From NCBI GenBank assembly GCA_951804945.1, contig OX638153.1, positions 62,248,001-62,312,000 on the forward strand: DNA of 64,000 nt, written 5' to 3'. This document shows positions 11,601 to 23,037 of this stretch, in pieces. Each line of letters begins with the position of its first letter. Positions within the stretch are counted from its first letter, which is position 1. The notes beneath the pieces were generated by a model. That model searched no databases. It was not told where the DNA came from and was given only the letters and a program-made list of their open reading frames with translations. The position numbers and the translations under genes were made by a program. This stretch comes from Podarcis cretensis. Its lineage: Eukaryota.

Positions 11601-13411
11601 CGCTCCCAAGTCCAAAGGGAGGTTCAGTTTATGTCTTGTGGGCAAGAGCTGAGGAGAACAGTTCTCCATTTTGTTCAGCACAATTTCAGCAGTAAAAAAC
11701 ATATCAGTGTAAATAAAATAAAAGGAACCAACTTGGTGACTCATATAATTTTTTATTTTTTTTTTGCATTAATGGTAGTATGGTGCCATCCACGTTCATG
11801 AGGCTTTGCAACAAAACAAGGAGCTGATAGGTCCCTGCCCCAAGGGGTTCACAATCCTGAAATAGGCAATGACAGAAACGGGAGGGAAGCAGAGACAAGG
11901 CTTAGATAAGCAGTTATTTCAGGTACATGTATTTAGGGTTAATTACAGTAGGCCATTGGGATTAGAAGGTTGTGCTAAAAACTTAATGGAAAGGGCGGGG
12001 TTTCAGTGCAAAAACAAAGCAATGATAATTACAAACGGAGAGGAACGATAACAACTGTGGATAGGACTGCAAGACATCTAAGGGTCTTTCATATAGTGTG
12101 AGGCTCTCCCATTCCACTCAACAACCCTCCGTTGTTGAGTGATTAGCTACACAACAAAATTTTATTCTGGTAATGTGTTGGAAGTGTCTGAAGCTAGAAG
12201 CATGTCTTTGCCCATAAACAGTGCCTATGCATTGAGCCTGTGAGAGAAAATGGAGTAGCAGGTGAAAATTGTAACGGAATAACTACCATCACTGCAGATT
12301 GAACTACAAACTTGAATTTTTGGCTTTCTATGGGTTTTTAAACTGTGGGGAGTATTGTTTTTGTTTGCTATTATGGTATGTATGGTATGTATTTTTGTGT
12401 TTTTATATTGTCAACCACCCTCTGGATGAAGGGCGGTATAGAAATTTAATAAATAATGATGATAATTTCCCCTCTACTATGAGCTTCCCTGGGGACATTA
12501 GGCAATTCACCTTTGAGGAAGAGTTGTAGCTTGGTAGTGTAAAGCACATGCTTTGTATGCAAAAGGTCCAGATTCACTTTCAGTCTCTGGCATTTCCAGG
12601 TAGGATTTTTTTTGGGGGGGGCGGATTCTGGAGAGCCACTGTCAGTCCTAAAACATATCTCCCATATACAAATCTTTTGACAATTTGTGTGACTCTTCCT
12701 TTGACTGCCTCCCAGCTGGAAACCAGGGAGGATAGCATATCAGTCCTAGGAAGACAGGGAATCTGAGAGATGGGAAATATTTCTTCTAACTTTCTTATGT
12801 CCATCTTTGGAAGTACCTCTACAGAATGGTAATGCAATATTCTTGACATAGGTGCCATCTCTATAGGATTGGACCCCCTCAATATTTGTAGGCAGGCCAA
12901 GCCCCCCCCCCATGTTGAGGGAGTGGAGGAAGCCTCCCAATGATGTGTGTCTAGTCCTTGGGCTCCTCCCACCACCACCATCCTGCCTACAAATGCAGCT
13001 GGACCACTTCAAACCGGTGCTGCCTGCCGCCTAACCTCCGCTGGAGGCCTTGCAGAAGAGACCTTGGCATAGCTGCTGCAGTGGCTGTGGAGAGCCAGTG
13101 GAGGTAAGGCAGTGCATGGGTGGTGGCGTTCTGGTCTGCAGTTGCAAGCAGGGGGCAGTGGTGTTGGGTTTCATTGCATACCCATTGGCCTCACACGTGT
13201 GATGTCATGTTGCGCTTGCGTGCTATGCTGGGCCACTCCAATCTGGGGCGCAAGTCAGTGCCTCTGATTCCTGAAGATACAGCAGAACGAGTAGTGGTGT
13301 CCTTTTGATTAATGGGCAAAGGCATGTCATAATTTATTTGTGTGCTATTTGAAGTCTAATGTTTCATGGAACAAAGTGGGTTGTGTTTTTCTTAAAATAG
13401 GTTGGTGGAGA

Positions 13412-13509
13412 ATGGAAGAGAACCAAATGAAGAAAGTATTAGTGAACAAAGGAAATGAGAACACAGAGAAAATTGGCTTTGATGGGGAAGAGAACAACTC
13501 CTCAAACAG
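13412..13509 (+). CDS. SCLY: SCLY first coding exon (exon begins 13401)
   Basis: Acceptor AATAG at 13400, ATG GAA in good context, MEENQMKKVLV...NSSN(R); donor AG|GTTTGT is phase 2, matching next exon; poorly conserved N-terminus. Confidence 0.65.
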
Positions 13510-14089
13510 GTTTGTAGCTTCCCTTGACTTTAAAAAATGGAGACAATTTTTTGACAATGGTAAGTGCTGAGATTTTGCTATTTTACCCACAATATACCTT
13601 GGGAATGAGTCCTGTTGAATTAAGTGGAACTTACTTCCAAGTAAATGTGTGTAGATTGGATTGCAAAACTCCAAGCAAGTAAAAAAATCTTAGGATTGAG
13701 ATCTAGGAACTGAAAGATTATTATAGTAGTCAACTTCTTAAGTGCTAGAATGCTGTGATTTTCAGCAAAATCACTTTAAAGATTAACAAATGCATTGTGG
13801 CATATGCTTTCATGGGCCTGGGCCCACTCTGTCACATTCATGTGAGTGTGCCATATGATGTAGTCATCAAAACTGACACCACATTTTAAAGCTTGGGGAG
13901 AGATAGTGATGTTTTATTTCAAAACCCCAGTATCATCTTTGTGGTTGTGGCAATGACGATTTCAGAAGTGGTTTGGTTAGGGCAGCATTTTTCATAACCA
14001 ACGATGCAACTTTGGCCCAAAGAGTGCTAGTGTGAATGTATCTTATTCCTTTTTCTGTTGTAACTATTCTTGCATTCTGTTCCCTTCAG

Positions 14090-14202
14090 GAAGATATACC
14101 TAGATTACAATGCAACCACCCCTCTGGCTCCAGAGGTGATTGAGACAGTTACAGAAGCCATGCATGAAGCATGGGGCAATCCGAGCAGCTCTTACACAGA
14201 AG
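14090..14202 (+). CDS. SCLY: Selenocysteine lyase exon 2
   Basis: [16 protein letters not shown]...WGNPSSSY, the class-V PLP enzyme N-terminal motif; AG/GT flanks. Confidence 0.96.
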
Positions 14203-14587
14203 GTGAGAGCAAGCCTGGATGGAAACATTCTATGAAAGCATTCATCTCATTTTTGTATTCATATTGCCTTTTTAAATTCAAGTTACTGCATTGAAATGGC
14301 CTTAAAGGAATGTATTACTTCATGTGATCCAGTCACTAGCACTCGCTGAAATAAATGCTCATGCAAGGAACACAGAGCCAAATCTGGCACTTCTTGTTGC
14401 CAGAAATAATTATTCTGTATCAAAACAATTAAACTCTTCCAGAATTTGGGTGGACTTAATAATTTGTTTATTTATCACTTTATTATATCCTGGAACTCAA
14501 AGTGGTAGTCTTCCCCTAGTGCCACTCTTTGGAGACTTCCCCCCACCTTGCCTTGATAATAAGGTAAATGTGCCTTTGATTTCACAG

Positions 14588-14688
14588 GTCGAAGGGCTAA
14601 AAATATTATAGATGGAGCCCGTGAAAGTCTGGCTAGAATGGTAGGGGGGCGACCCCAGGACATCGTCTTCACTTCTGGTGGGACAGAG
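14588..14688 (+). CDS. SCLY: SCLY exon 3
   Basis: [33 protein letters not shown]. Confidence 0.96.
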
Positions 14689-15141
14689 GTGAGATATGAG
14701 ATGCTGCTAGCACTGTTTTGACCTGGTAGTCATGTAAGAGATCAACCCATAACATGCTAGCTGTCTTTTTCCTCAATGGAGTCTGACTTTATTTGCTTCT
14801 CATAGTATTGGTGACTCCATTCTTAATTAGTGCCAAGTAAGACCCAGCAAACACTCATCAGATAAAAAGAAAGTCTATCCCTCTTCTGTTGAATGGCTCT
14901 ATCTTTTATTTAAAACCTGCAAAGGAGCATGTATTGCAATTTGATTCACTCACATGGAGGTAATGACTACAAATCAGTCCTCTGCCTCTGATCCTTCTGA
15001 GACTGAAATACAAGTCTGCCACTGAACTAGTTTTTGGGTAAGAAATTCAGCATTGTCTACTCCAGAGGACTGCACTGGTAAATCTGGATATTCATATGAA
15101 CATATGAGATTGGGATTTGTATCCTTCCTTTTTCCATTCAG

Positions 15142-15325
15142 GCAAACAATTTAGTGATCCACACTGTAGTGAAGCATTTTAAGGAAAGCAACAAGCAAAG
15201 TTCTGATGGACCAAGAGAAGATAAACAAAAGACTCTGGGGATGTGTCCACATTTAATTACATCTTGCATTGAGCATGACTCAGTCCGTCTCCCTGTGGAG
15301 CATCTGGTGAAAGAGCATGAGGCTG
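15142..15325 (+). CDS. SCLY: SCLY exon 4
   Basis: ANNLVIHTVV...HLITSCIEHDSVRLP; EHDS includes the Asp linked to Sec specificity. Confidence 0.96.
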
Positions 15326-15457
15326 GTGAGTATACTGTAGTGGATAGTCAGAGATTGCTGATAAAATTATACACACTTGCCAGATTCTGCTTCGGCAAAA
15401 GCTCTCTTTTTTTAAAAGCAATTTTAGTTTCTGAGTAGCAAATACTACTTTTTTTTG

Positions 15458-15748
15458 GTGTTGTTGTTTAGTCGTCTTAGTTGTGTTCAACTCTCTGTGA
15501 CCCCATGAACATGAGCATGCCTTGGAAACTCTCTCTTTCTTCTCAAAGCTTCTCCTTTTTTATGTCCATGGAGTTTTCTTGGCAAAATACTGGAGTGGAT
15601 GGCCAGTTCCTTCTCCAGGTGGATCACATTTAGTCTAAACTCTCTGCTATGACCTGTCCGTCTTGGGTGGCCCTGCACGGCATGGCTCAGAGCTTCTTGG
15701 AGTTATTCAAGCCCCTTGCCACGACAAGGCAGTGATCCATGAAGGGGT
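15458..15748 (-). mobile_element. BovB/RTE-derived short element
   Basis: Antisense RTE tail ttgttgtttagtcgtcttagttgtgttcaactctctgtgacccc plus BovA-like aaaatactggagtggatggccagttccttctcc. Confidence 0.75.
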
Positions 15749-15889
15749 TTATGGGTATACTGTCTCTTTATTGTTTACTCCAAATGTGAGCTGTCTAAAG
15801 GTGGCTCAGCGGTACTTTCACTGTGGTGCTAATGGTCCAGAATTGGGGGCAATTCTGAACCTTTAATTCAAATTCATTTATTTGCATCA

Positions 15890-15968
15890 TTTCCTTTTCC
15901 TTTTCCTTTTCCTATCCTTTCCTATGGTATCCTATCATCTCCTATCCTATTCTATCCTATCCTATCCT
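15890..15968. repeat. (CCTTT)n/(CCTAT)n pentanucleotide microsatellite
   Basis: Seen directly. Confidence 0.85.
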
Positions 15969-16505
15969 TCTCGCCTGTCAAATAGTGACCAACACATGGA
16001 GTCAAAGATGGCATTCCTAACCTGGCTGATAAGTGGTCTTATCACTGCATAGGGAGGGAGGAATATATAGCTTGTGTTCAAATGGTGCTAGGTTTAATCT
16101 CTGGTGCTTCTCCAATTGGGCAGGATAATGGCAGAACTCAGTATGAGACTCAGAGCTGTTAGTGGGGGCTTTTGCAAACTGAAGAGACTTAAACAGCACG
16201 CAGCATTTCCCCTCAGCTTCTTCCTCTCTTATCTTCCAAGTATCCAGCTGAGCTCCAGGAAAATCCATTTTTGCTCAGCTGCCTCTTTCATTAAATGCTG
16301 CTTCTAAGTCAATAGCCACTTCCTCCCAAATTCCCTTATGACAGCCATATCTTAATCTTTCAAGACTAAGGAGCGCTTGCCTGTTGCCTAGCAATAGGTC
16401 TGCTATTCCCTGTGACTTTCTCTACTGCTGCCAGATACATAGTAACTGCTGATGAACGCGCCGAGCTATGGGATCAACATCTTTTTTTTGCATCCTGATT
16501 TACAG

Positions 16506-16633
16506 AAGCCACTTTTGTACCCGTGTCCAAAGTGACAGGACAGGTGGAAGTAGATGAAGTGGTTGCAGCAATCCGTCCAACTACATGTCTAGTTTCCATT
16601 ATGCTGGCCAATAATGAAACTGGGGTTATCATG
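16506..16633 (+). CDS. SCLY: SCLY exon 5
   Basis: [42 protein letters not shown]. Confidence 0.96.
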
Positions 16634-16818
16634 GTGAGTTGTGCCTTCAGTTCTGATTACATGTTTAAGGATATGAGGTTCATATATGTGGTCAGATGAT
16701 CCCAAGAGCCAATGAGAGGGAGCTGATGCTCCCCCAAAATATTTCCACTCTCCTTTCACTCCACCAACTTTCAGTCTCAGTATGTTTTAGGTATACAGTA
16801 AGCCCTACAACTCCTCAT

Positions 16819-17056
16819 GCCAACCTAGCAGTTCGAAAGCACATCAAAGTGCAAGTAGATAAATAGGTACCGCTCTGGCAGGAAGGTGTACGGCGTTTCC
16901 GTACACTGCTCTGGTTCACCAGAAGCAGCTTAGTCATGCTGGCCACATGACCCGGAAGCTGTACGCCGGCTCCCTCGGCCAATAAAGCGAGATGAGCGCC
17001 GCAACCCCAGAGTCGGCCACGACTGGACCTAATGGTCAGGGGTCCCTTTACCTTTT
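16819..17056 (+). mobile_element. Sauria SINE, 5'-truncated
   Basis: gccaacctagcagttcgaaagcac...agtagataaataggtacc...cagagtcggccacgactggac...ccctttaccttt tail; CpGs preserved (young). Confidence 0.9.
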
Positions 17057-17694
17057 TAAGCCCCGCAACTTACACAGGTGTTTTAGTTCTGGGGATAGTG
17101 CATAAAGCCAAAATCATGTGTAGTCAAAACACACTGGATGCAACGCCAGGTGGGATTGCCGAAGTTTTCCCCCCAGATGCCCGCTCCTCTTTCTGCCCCC
17201 CTTTTAATTTTTTGTTTTTGCCAAGTGCCTAAAGCTAAATGCGCACATGTTAAATGTACATAAATTACAGGTCTACTGTATAGCAAAACCTTTAGTTCTA
17301 CAATTTTTGTCACCTCATTGCTCCCCCAATCTAGTTTGGAATTACAGGTTTTGCTCTCCGGAGACACAGAGACATAGCCCTATGCCGTGAACCATGGTCT
17401 CCCTGTGTAGGGTTATGTGTTCTGTGGAGTTTATATGTGGTGTCCTTTGTTTGGATGCTGAGTTACACCAAATGCTATCTTCTCCCTTGATCGCCAAGGC
17501 GGGGCAGTTGTACTACATAACAATAAAGCCATATAATACCATCAGTAAAAGTTCAAAGGCAACCATCAGCTTTCCATGCAAGTAATTCTGTGAAGGCATC
17601 ATATGCCAGCCAGTAGGGCAGTAGCCAAAGAGAGAGTCAGAACACTTGTCTTCCTGGTGAGATGATGCTTCCTGATGGTGCTTTCTTCTGTCAG

Positions 17695-17859
17695 CCTGTC
17701 TCTGAACTCAGCCAACGGATTCAAGCTCTCAATCGGAAGAGAACGGCATCTGGTCTGCCACGGATCTTGGTACACACAGATGCAGCACAGATGATTGGGA
17801 AAGGTCAAGTGGACGTGCAGGATCTGGGAGTGGATTACCTCACTATTGTGGGGCACAAG
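17695..17859 (+). CDS. SCLY: SCLY exon 6
   Basis: PVSELSQR...[11 protein letters not shown]...DYLTIVGHK, including the PLP-binding Lys. Confidence 0.97.
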
Positions 17860-18676
17860 GTATGGTGCTTCTCTCTTCTGCCTGCAATGCACTTTCTACA
17901 TGCAGGGTAAGAGATGTCCATGCATCTAGGTCATCTCCCAACATGGTAAATCCAATATCCATGGAGCAGAGAGTTGCTGTCAGCCCATAGAGTCATCCTT
18001 ATTGTTGATAAAACATTTAGAGAGAAAAATAAGAAAGAACATACCAGGGCTCCCTGAACACCAGCCATCATTCTGAGAACCAGACGGTGACCATAATCCA
18101 GAGGTGCTTTGTGTGACAGAAAGCTGGCAGTAAAAACGTTTGGTGTTCATGATTGATTCTCTCACTCATAGTTCTCATTGTGCAGGATTCCAGACTGACT
18201 CTATTAGGGCGAAAGGTGTTTTTCTTATGTTGTTTATTAAATGTGTCTAATGCTATCTACATCCTGGTTTCCAAAACTTTTTTTTTATTTGAAAGTTTGT
18301 AAAAACAGTGCACAATATGTACACACAAAGAATAAACAATGAGGCCATCTCACTTTGGCCTTTTGTGAACTTCGGGAGATTCCATGTGCTAGAGCAGCAG
18401 TTTCTCAAGTTTTTTTTTAATTGAGAACCATTGTTGATTTGCTTGCTGCTGACAATTGTATTTTGCTACAGCTGCCATGCAGATTGTCATTTGGTGACTG
18501 TAATGTAAACTCTGCCCTGAACAGTATTGTGGCCCTCTTCTCTGCAGCCCATGAATCTAGCATGGTTGCACAGGAATGCAGAAAGTGTTGTTTATATTGT
18601 CTTTTATTTTCATCATGAACTCTTGGAACACCTAAAAACATAGTGGACAGTCGATAACTCACTTCTTAGTATGCAA

Positions 18677-18710
18677 TGCAACTCAACAGCTTCTCCACCA
18701 GATGGCAATC
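18677..18710 (+). promoter_or_regulatory. Candidate CTCF site
   Basis: CCACCAGATGGCA core with an upstream TGCA motif about 18 nt 5'. Confidence 0.5.
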
Positions 18711-19230
18711 TGGGAACAATGTTGAGTGAATTTGTCCACATTTTCACATTGCGCAGGAGAGCATGACACACAGCAGGAGATGTCCAGTGTGTCAACATCA
18801 CTTTCCATTACAGTATTCAAAAACAGCTTTTCATTTTTATTTATTTATTTTGACAGTAGCCAAGTAATGATTCAAGTTAATCTCCAGGCGTAATTAGTTT
18901 AATAACTGTGGCATCTGGGAACATGTTTGTCATGTATTTTTTGAAGCACATAAATGCCTGTCAAGTGATACAGAACAGGGGGAGAAAACACAGGAAACTC
19001 TTCTGTTATGTGTGAAATAGCACTGAGATAGTCTAGGGGACGGGTAGCAGTGAGCATAGGATTCACCCATACTTCTCTCCCATGGGCAACCATGATTTCC
19101 CCAAGGATTAATGTTTGCTTCTCTGCTCTAGTCAGCCTTACTTCTCTGTGGTCAAAGCACCTCAGTTTCCTGTTGGACACACCACTTAGTTCTTGTCTGG
19201 AGGCATTAGCTTTGTGATTTTTCGTTGCAG

Positions 19231-19337
19231 TTCTATGCCCCGCGTATTGGAGCGCTGTATGTGCGAGGCCCTGGTGTCACCACTCCTCTCCATCCCATGC
19301 TGTTTGGAGGTGGGCAGGAACGGAACTTCCGCCCTGG
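19231..19337 (+). CDS. SCLY: SCLY exon 7
   Basis: [36 protein letters not shown]. Confidence 0.97.
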
Positions 19338-19654
19338 GTAAGAAGGATGAGGGCACAGAGGGAGCCAGTTAATCCAGTGAGAGACCAAGTAAGGTGGGGA
19401 CCTCTCTTGGATGTGGGAGCAATATGTGGGTAGCCCATGTTCCTCTTCTTCATGCGGGTGAGGGGCTGCAAGAGAAGACACCAAGCAGTTTTTTTTGAAG
19501 ATAGTTTTCTTTGAGACTCCAAGGATGCATAGATTAGTGAGTGAAAGGCTCAGCTTTTGAAAACCTTTCCCTTTCGTATCATGTTTCTCATTTGGCAAAG
19601 TGTGAAGAGTTTCAGGATAAGCAGCTGGGAAATGCAGTGTAGGGTTTGCATCAT

Positions 19655-19845
19655 GGGCTGTAGCTGAGTGCTAGCACACACACACTTTGCATGCAAAAAG
19701 ATTCTAGGTTCAATCCCCAACATCTCCAGGAAGGGGTTGGGAAAGACCATTGCCTGAAACCTTGGAATGCTACTGCTGGTCAATAATACTGAGCTCAATG
19801 GACCAGTGGTCTGACTTGGTATAAGGCAGCATCTGCGCTTCCTAA
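19655..19845 (+). mobile_element. tRNA-derived squamate SINE
   Basis: A/B-box head gggctgtagctgagtg...ggttcaatcccc; tail tactgagctcaatggaccagtggtctgacttggtataaggcagc; relatives near 3985, 12520, 16045, 36690 and 59290. Confidence 0.75.
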
Positions 19846-20042
19846 GTCACATTCAGATAACAAGAAAGACCAAATCTCCTCCCCCCACAACCGAGTAGCT
19901 CAGGAGCAGTAGCTCCTATCATGCAGTAGCGCCATCTTTAGTCCCTGCATTATGCTAGTTACCCAAGTAGATATAGCCCCTGTGCTTGTGTCACTTTTAT
20001 TATGCTTTAGGAATAAATACACACTGCACTTCTCTGTTCTAG

Positions 20043-20079
20043 GACTGAGAATACACCAATGATTGCTGGCCTTGGCAAG
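20043..20079 (+). CDS. SCLY: SCLY exon 8
   Basis: TENTPMIAGLGK; AG/GTAAG flanks. Confidence 0.95.
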
Positions 20080-21266
20080 GTAAGCTCAGAAGTGATGAGG
20101 GATAAAAATGACAGTTATGGATTCAACATGAGATGCTGTCCTGGTAGCAAGGCTCAGATTTCAACCCAGCATCCTTCTTACAAAAATTTAAAGGCAGAAG
20201 ATTTCCCTGGGTTTGCTTATCTGTGCTGGTGCTTCTCTTCCCTCACTCGTGCTCTCATACCAGAGGTGGAGTTGACCTATGGAGCAAAAATTCTAACTCT
20301 GTGCACAGTGGGACACTGATAGGAGACAAGGATGCTTACAAATGCATTACTGTAAACTCCGGTTGTTTCCCATCATTGTGAGGATCTGGTTACTGAGGAC
20401 TTGTTGAAATACTAGAGGTTGTTCTTCTAGGCATATTTTTCAGAGCAAATAACTAATCTTTACAGTTTTCCCTGTGGCTCTGTATGAATAGCATGCCAGA
20501 ACAAGAAAGGCACATCAAGTTGGCCTATATATACACTGGGGTGGGGTGGGGGGGAAAGTGTTCTCAATAACTCAACACCCAGCCACTGTTTTAAGGTCTG
20601 TTGGAGAATATGTCCAGATTTTCTCTAGTAGCCCTATTCATGTGCTGCTTTCACAAAGGGACAACATACATACCAGGAGCTGTGGGTCAGCATCTTTAGC
20701 CCCATGTCTAAGGTTGTGTAGCTCCTCCCAGCTTCTGCTATTGCCTTTTTGGCCAAATGCCTCCTCCCCAAGTAGTAAACAGTGTATTAAAACAAAATGC
20801 ACCATAGAGGAATAGGTTTTAAAGCAGGGAGCCTTTACTATCTGTGTAGGCTGCCAATGCAATTTAGAACCCTGTTAGATCAGGTGAGTAAACTTATGAA
20901 GAGAGCTTATGTCACTGAGGTTGCAGGTTTATAGTTATATGATTAATGGGTTTTCTTTTAGTTGATTGAGAGTGGTGGGTACCTTGCAGGTGTGCTCTAG
21001 AGAGAGAGGCTCGTGCAAAATTGTGCCATGTAGACTTTCCTTGGTCTCTGACAAATCACTGTCAGACCAAAGGAATCACATTATGAATGGGCACAAAAGA
21101 TGATTCCATTCAGATTGCCTACCCATTTCAGTACTGCATCGAATATCCTGATCTGTTTTCATCTGTCTGGATGGGGACATTCTATGGGAATCATCATTCC
21201 CTTTATGGTTCTGTCTCTTGTTGTAGCCACTGAGAAACATGTTATGCTGATTGTCTTCCTTTGCAG

Positions 21267-21350
21267 GCAGCAGACTTGGTGAGCAGACACTGTGAGGTTT
21301 ATGAAGCTCACATGAGGAAGGTCCGGGATTACCTGGAAGAGAGACTTGAA
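21267..21350 (+). CDS. SCLY: SCLY exon 9
   Basis: [28 protein letters not shown]. Confidence 0.95.
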
Positions 21351-21562
21351 GTGAGTTCTCTGGGTGCCTGTTTTTTGGATTCACCTGCAACCTTTACATA
21401 GGGAAGGGAGGATTGACCCCTGTTTGTAGATAGAATTGTATGACTTTCTTCTTGCTGCCTTCCTTTGTAGGAACGCTAAGCTGGGGGATAGTGTGGGGGA
21501 TAGTGAAGTGAGGCCAATCATTAACAAACATTTATTGAAAGTATTATTTTTGCACATTTTAG

Positions 21563-21665
21563 GCCACGTTTGAAGAGCAAGGAGTTTATTTTAACTGCAG
21601 ACTGAAAGGCTCAAGGAGACTGTGTAACACTTGTAACTTTTCTGTCATGGGCTCAGGACTAAAAG
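21563..21665 (+). CDS. SCLY: SCLY exon 10
   Basis: ATFEEQGVYFNCRLKGSRRLCNTCNFSVMGSGLK. Confidence 0.94.
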
Positions 21666-21946
21666 GTAATCCCCTATGGCTCTAAATTTTCACCATTCCT
21701 ATATGGCTGCTGTCAGTCTACTTTAGGTGTTGTTGGGGGTTTTTTTGCCTACAGCTTCCTCGGTGACCAACACGTGTTAATCCTATCTATAGATCTCAAG
21801 ACTGCATTGTTCTTAAGATAGTTTCAGAGCAGATGAAAACCAGACTGCTGCTGTGTGAGGGAGAGTGGGGAGATGCTAAAATATGGTATTGGAAATTGGT
21901 TTTCTAATTGCTCAAAGAAATTACAAATTGTGAAATTTTGCAAATA

Positions 21947-22418
21947 CAGTGGAACTTCGGGTTACGTACCGTCCTCTTATGGGTAATGAGCTCCACTAAC
22001 CTGGAAGTACAGTGGTACCTCTGGTTACAAACTTAATTCGTTCCAGAGGTCCGTTCTTAACCTGAAACTGTTCTTAACCTGAGGTACCACTTTAGCTAAT
22101 GGGGCCTCCCACAGCCGCTGCACCACCGCCTCATGATTTCTCTTCTCATCCTGGGGCAAAGTTCTTAACCCGATGTACTACTTCCTGGTTAGTGGAGTCT
22201 GTAACCCGAAGTGTTTGTAACCCAATATGTTTGTAACCCGAGGTACGACTGTAGATACTCCTGGTAGCAAACTTTGCCCCAGGATGCGAGTGGAAGTTAC
22301 GTGGTAGTGGCGGCGCAGCGGCAGCCCCATTAGCGAAAGCACGCCTCAGGTTAAGAACAGTTTCATGTTAAGAATGGACCTCCAGAACGAATAAAGTTCA
22401 TAACTGGAGGTACCACTG
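21947..22418. mobile_element. Tigger-like MITE with a second family member nested at 22010-22251
   Basis: Outer TA-CAGTGGAACTT...GGTACCACTG-TA; inner TA-CAGTGGTACCT...GGTACGACTG-TA. Confidence 0.85.
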
Positions 22419-22789
22419 TAAACAAAGGAAATGAGTTTTAAGCTTTGGCTTTTTATAATCTCAGCATGAATTTCATATTTATCTCAGGAGGGATTCTAAT
22501 TGTAAAAGCCACATCCTGATTTTATCTATTAAACCTTTTTGTCATTGAAACGCTACTTTGCCTGTTCAGATCTGCATTTGACAATTTTATATGTATGATG
22601 TGCATAACTTTTGCATTTGTTTTTTCCCCCCTTCCTTCCATCTTTAGTGAGAAGCCAGTTCTAGCAAAAGTGTAGATGGGATAAGCATTGAATGGAGTGA
22701 GGGGAGGTTGAAAACCGATTCTATGGGTTCCTTCCTCCACCAGGTCCTTGGGTATTTCATGGCATGCCTATGTCTTGTGTTTTCTGCAG

Positions 22790-22865
22790 GTCGGCTGGTG
22801 CTGTCTCACTGTAGGACTTTGCTTGCCAGTGTTGGTGCTGCATGCCACTCCGAGAAGGGTGACCG
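22790..22865 (+). CDS. SCLY: SCLY exon 11
   Basis: RLVLSHCRTLLASVGAACHSEKGD, catalytic Cys motif GAACHS. Confidence 0.97.
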
Positions 22866-23002
22866 GTAAGGAACCATGTTGGGAAACTGGGCATTCTGTG
22901 GCTGGAGGGGACAGATCCATCTGATGTAGAAAAGTGAAAGCAAAGGGTGCAACACCTGTACTCACCTACCTCCTCAGGGAACTCTGCTTCTTAATGGTAG
23001 TA

Positions 23003-23005
<3 letters not shown>

Positions 23006-23036
<31 letters not shown>
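23006..23036. repeat. (GT)n microsatellite
   Basis: Seen directly. Confidence 0.95.

Positions 23037-23037
<1 letters not shown>

Noticed and set aside
10227-11744. Several 65-118 aa ORFs in the CpG island
   Set aside because: Expected in GC-rich DNA; mostly non-ATG starts; no homology recognised
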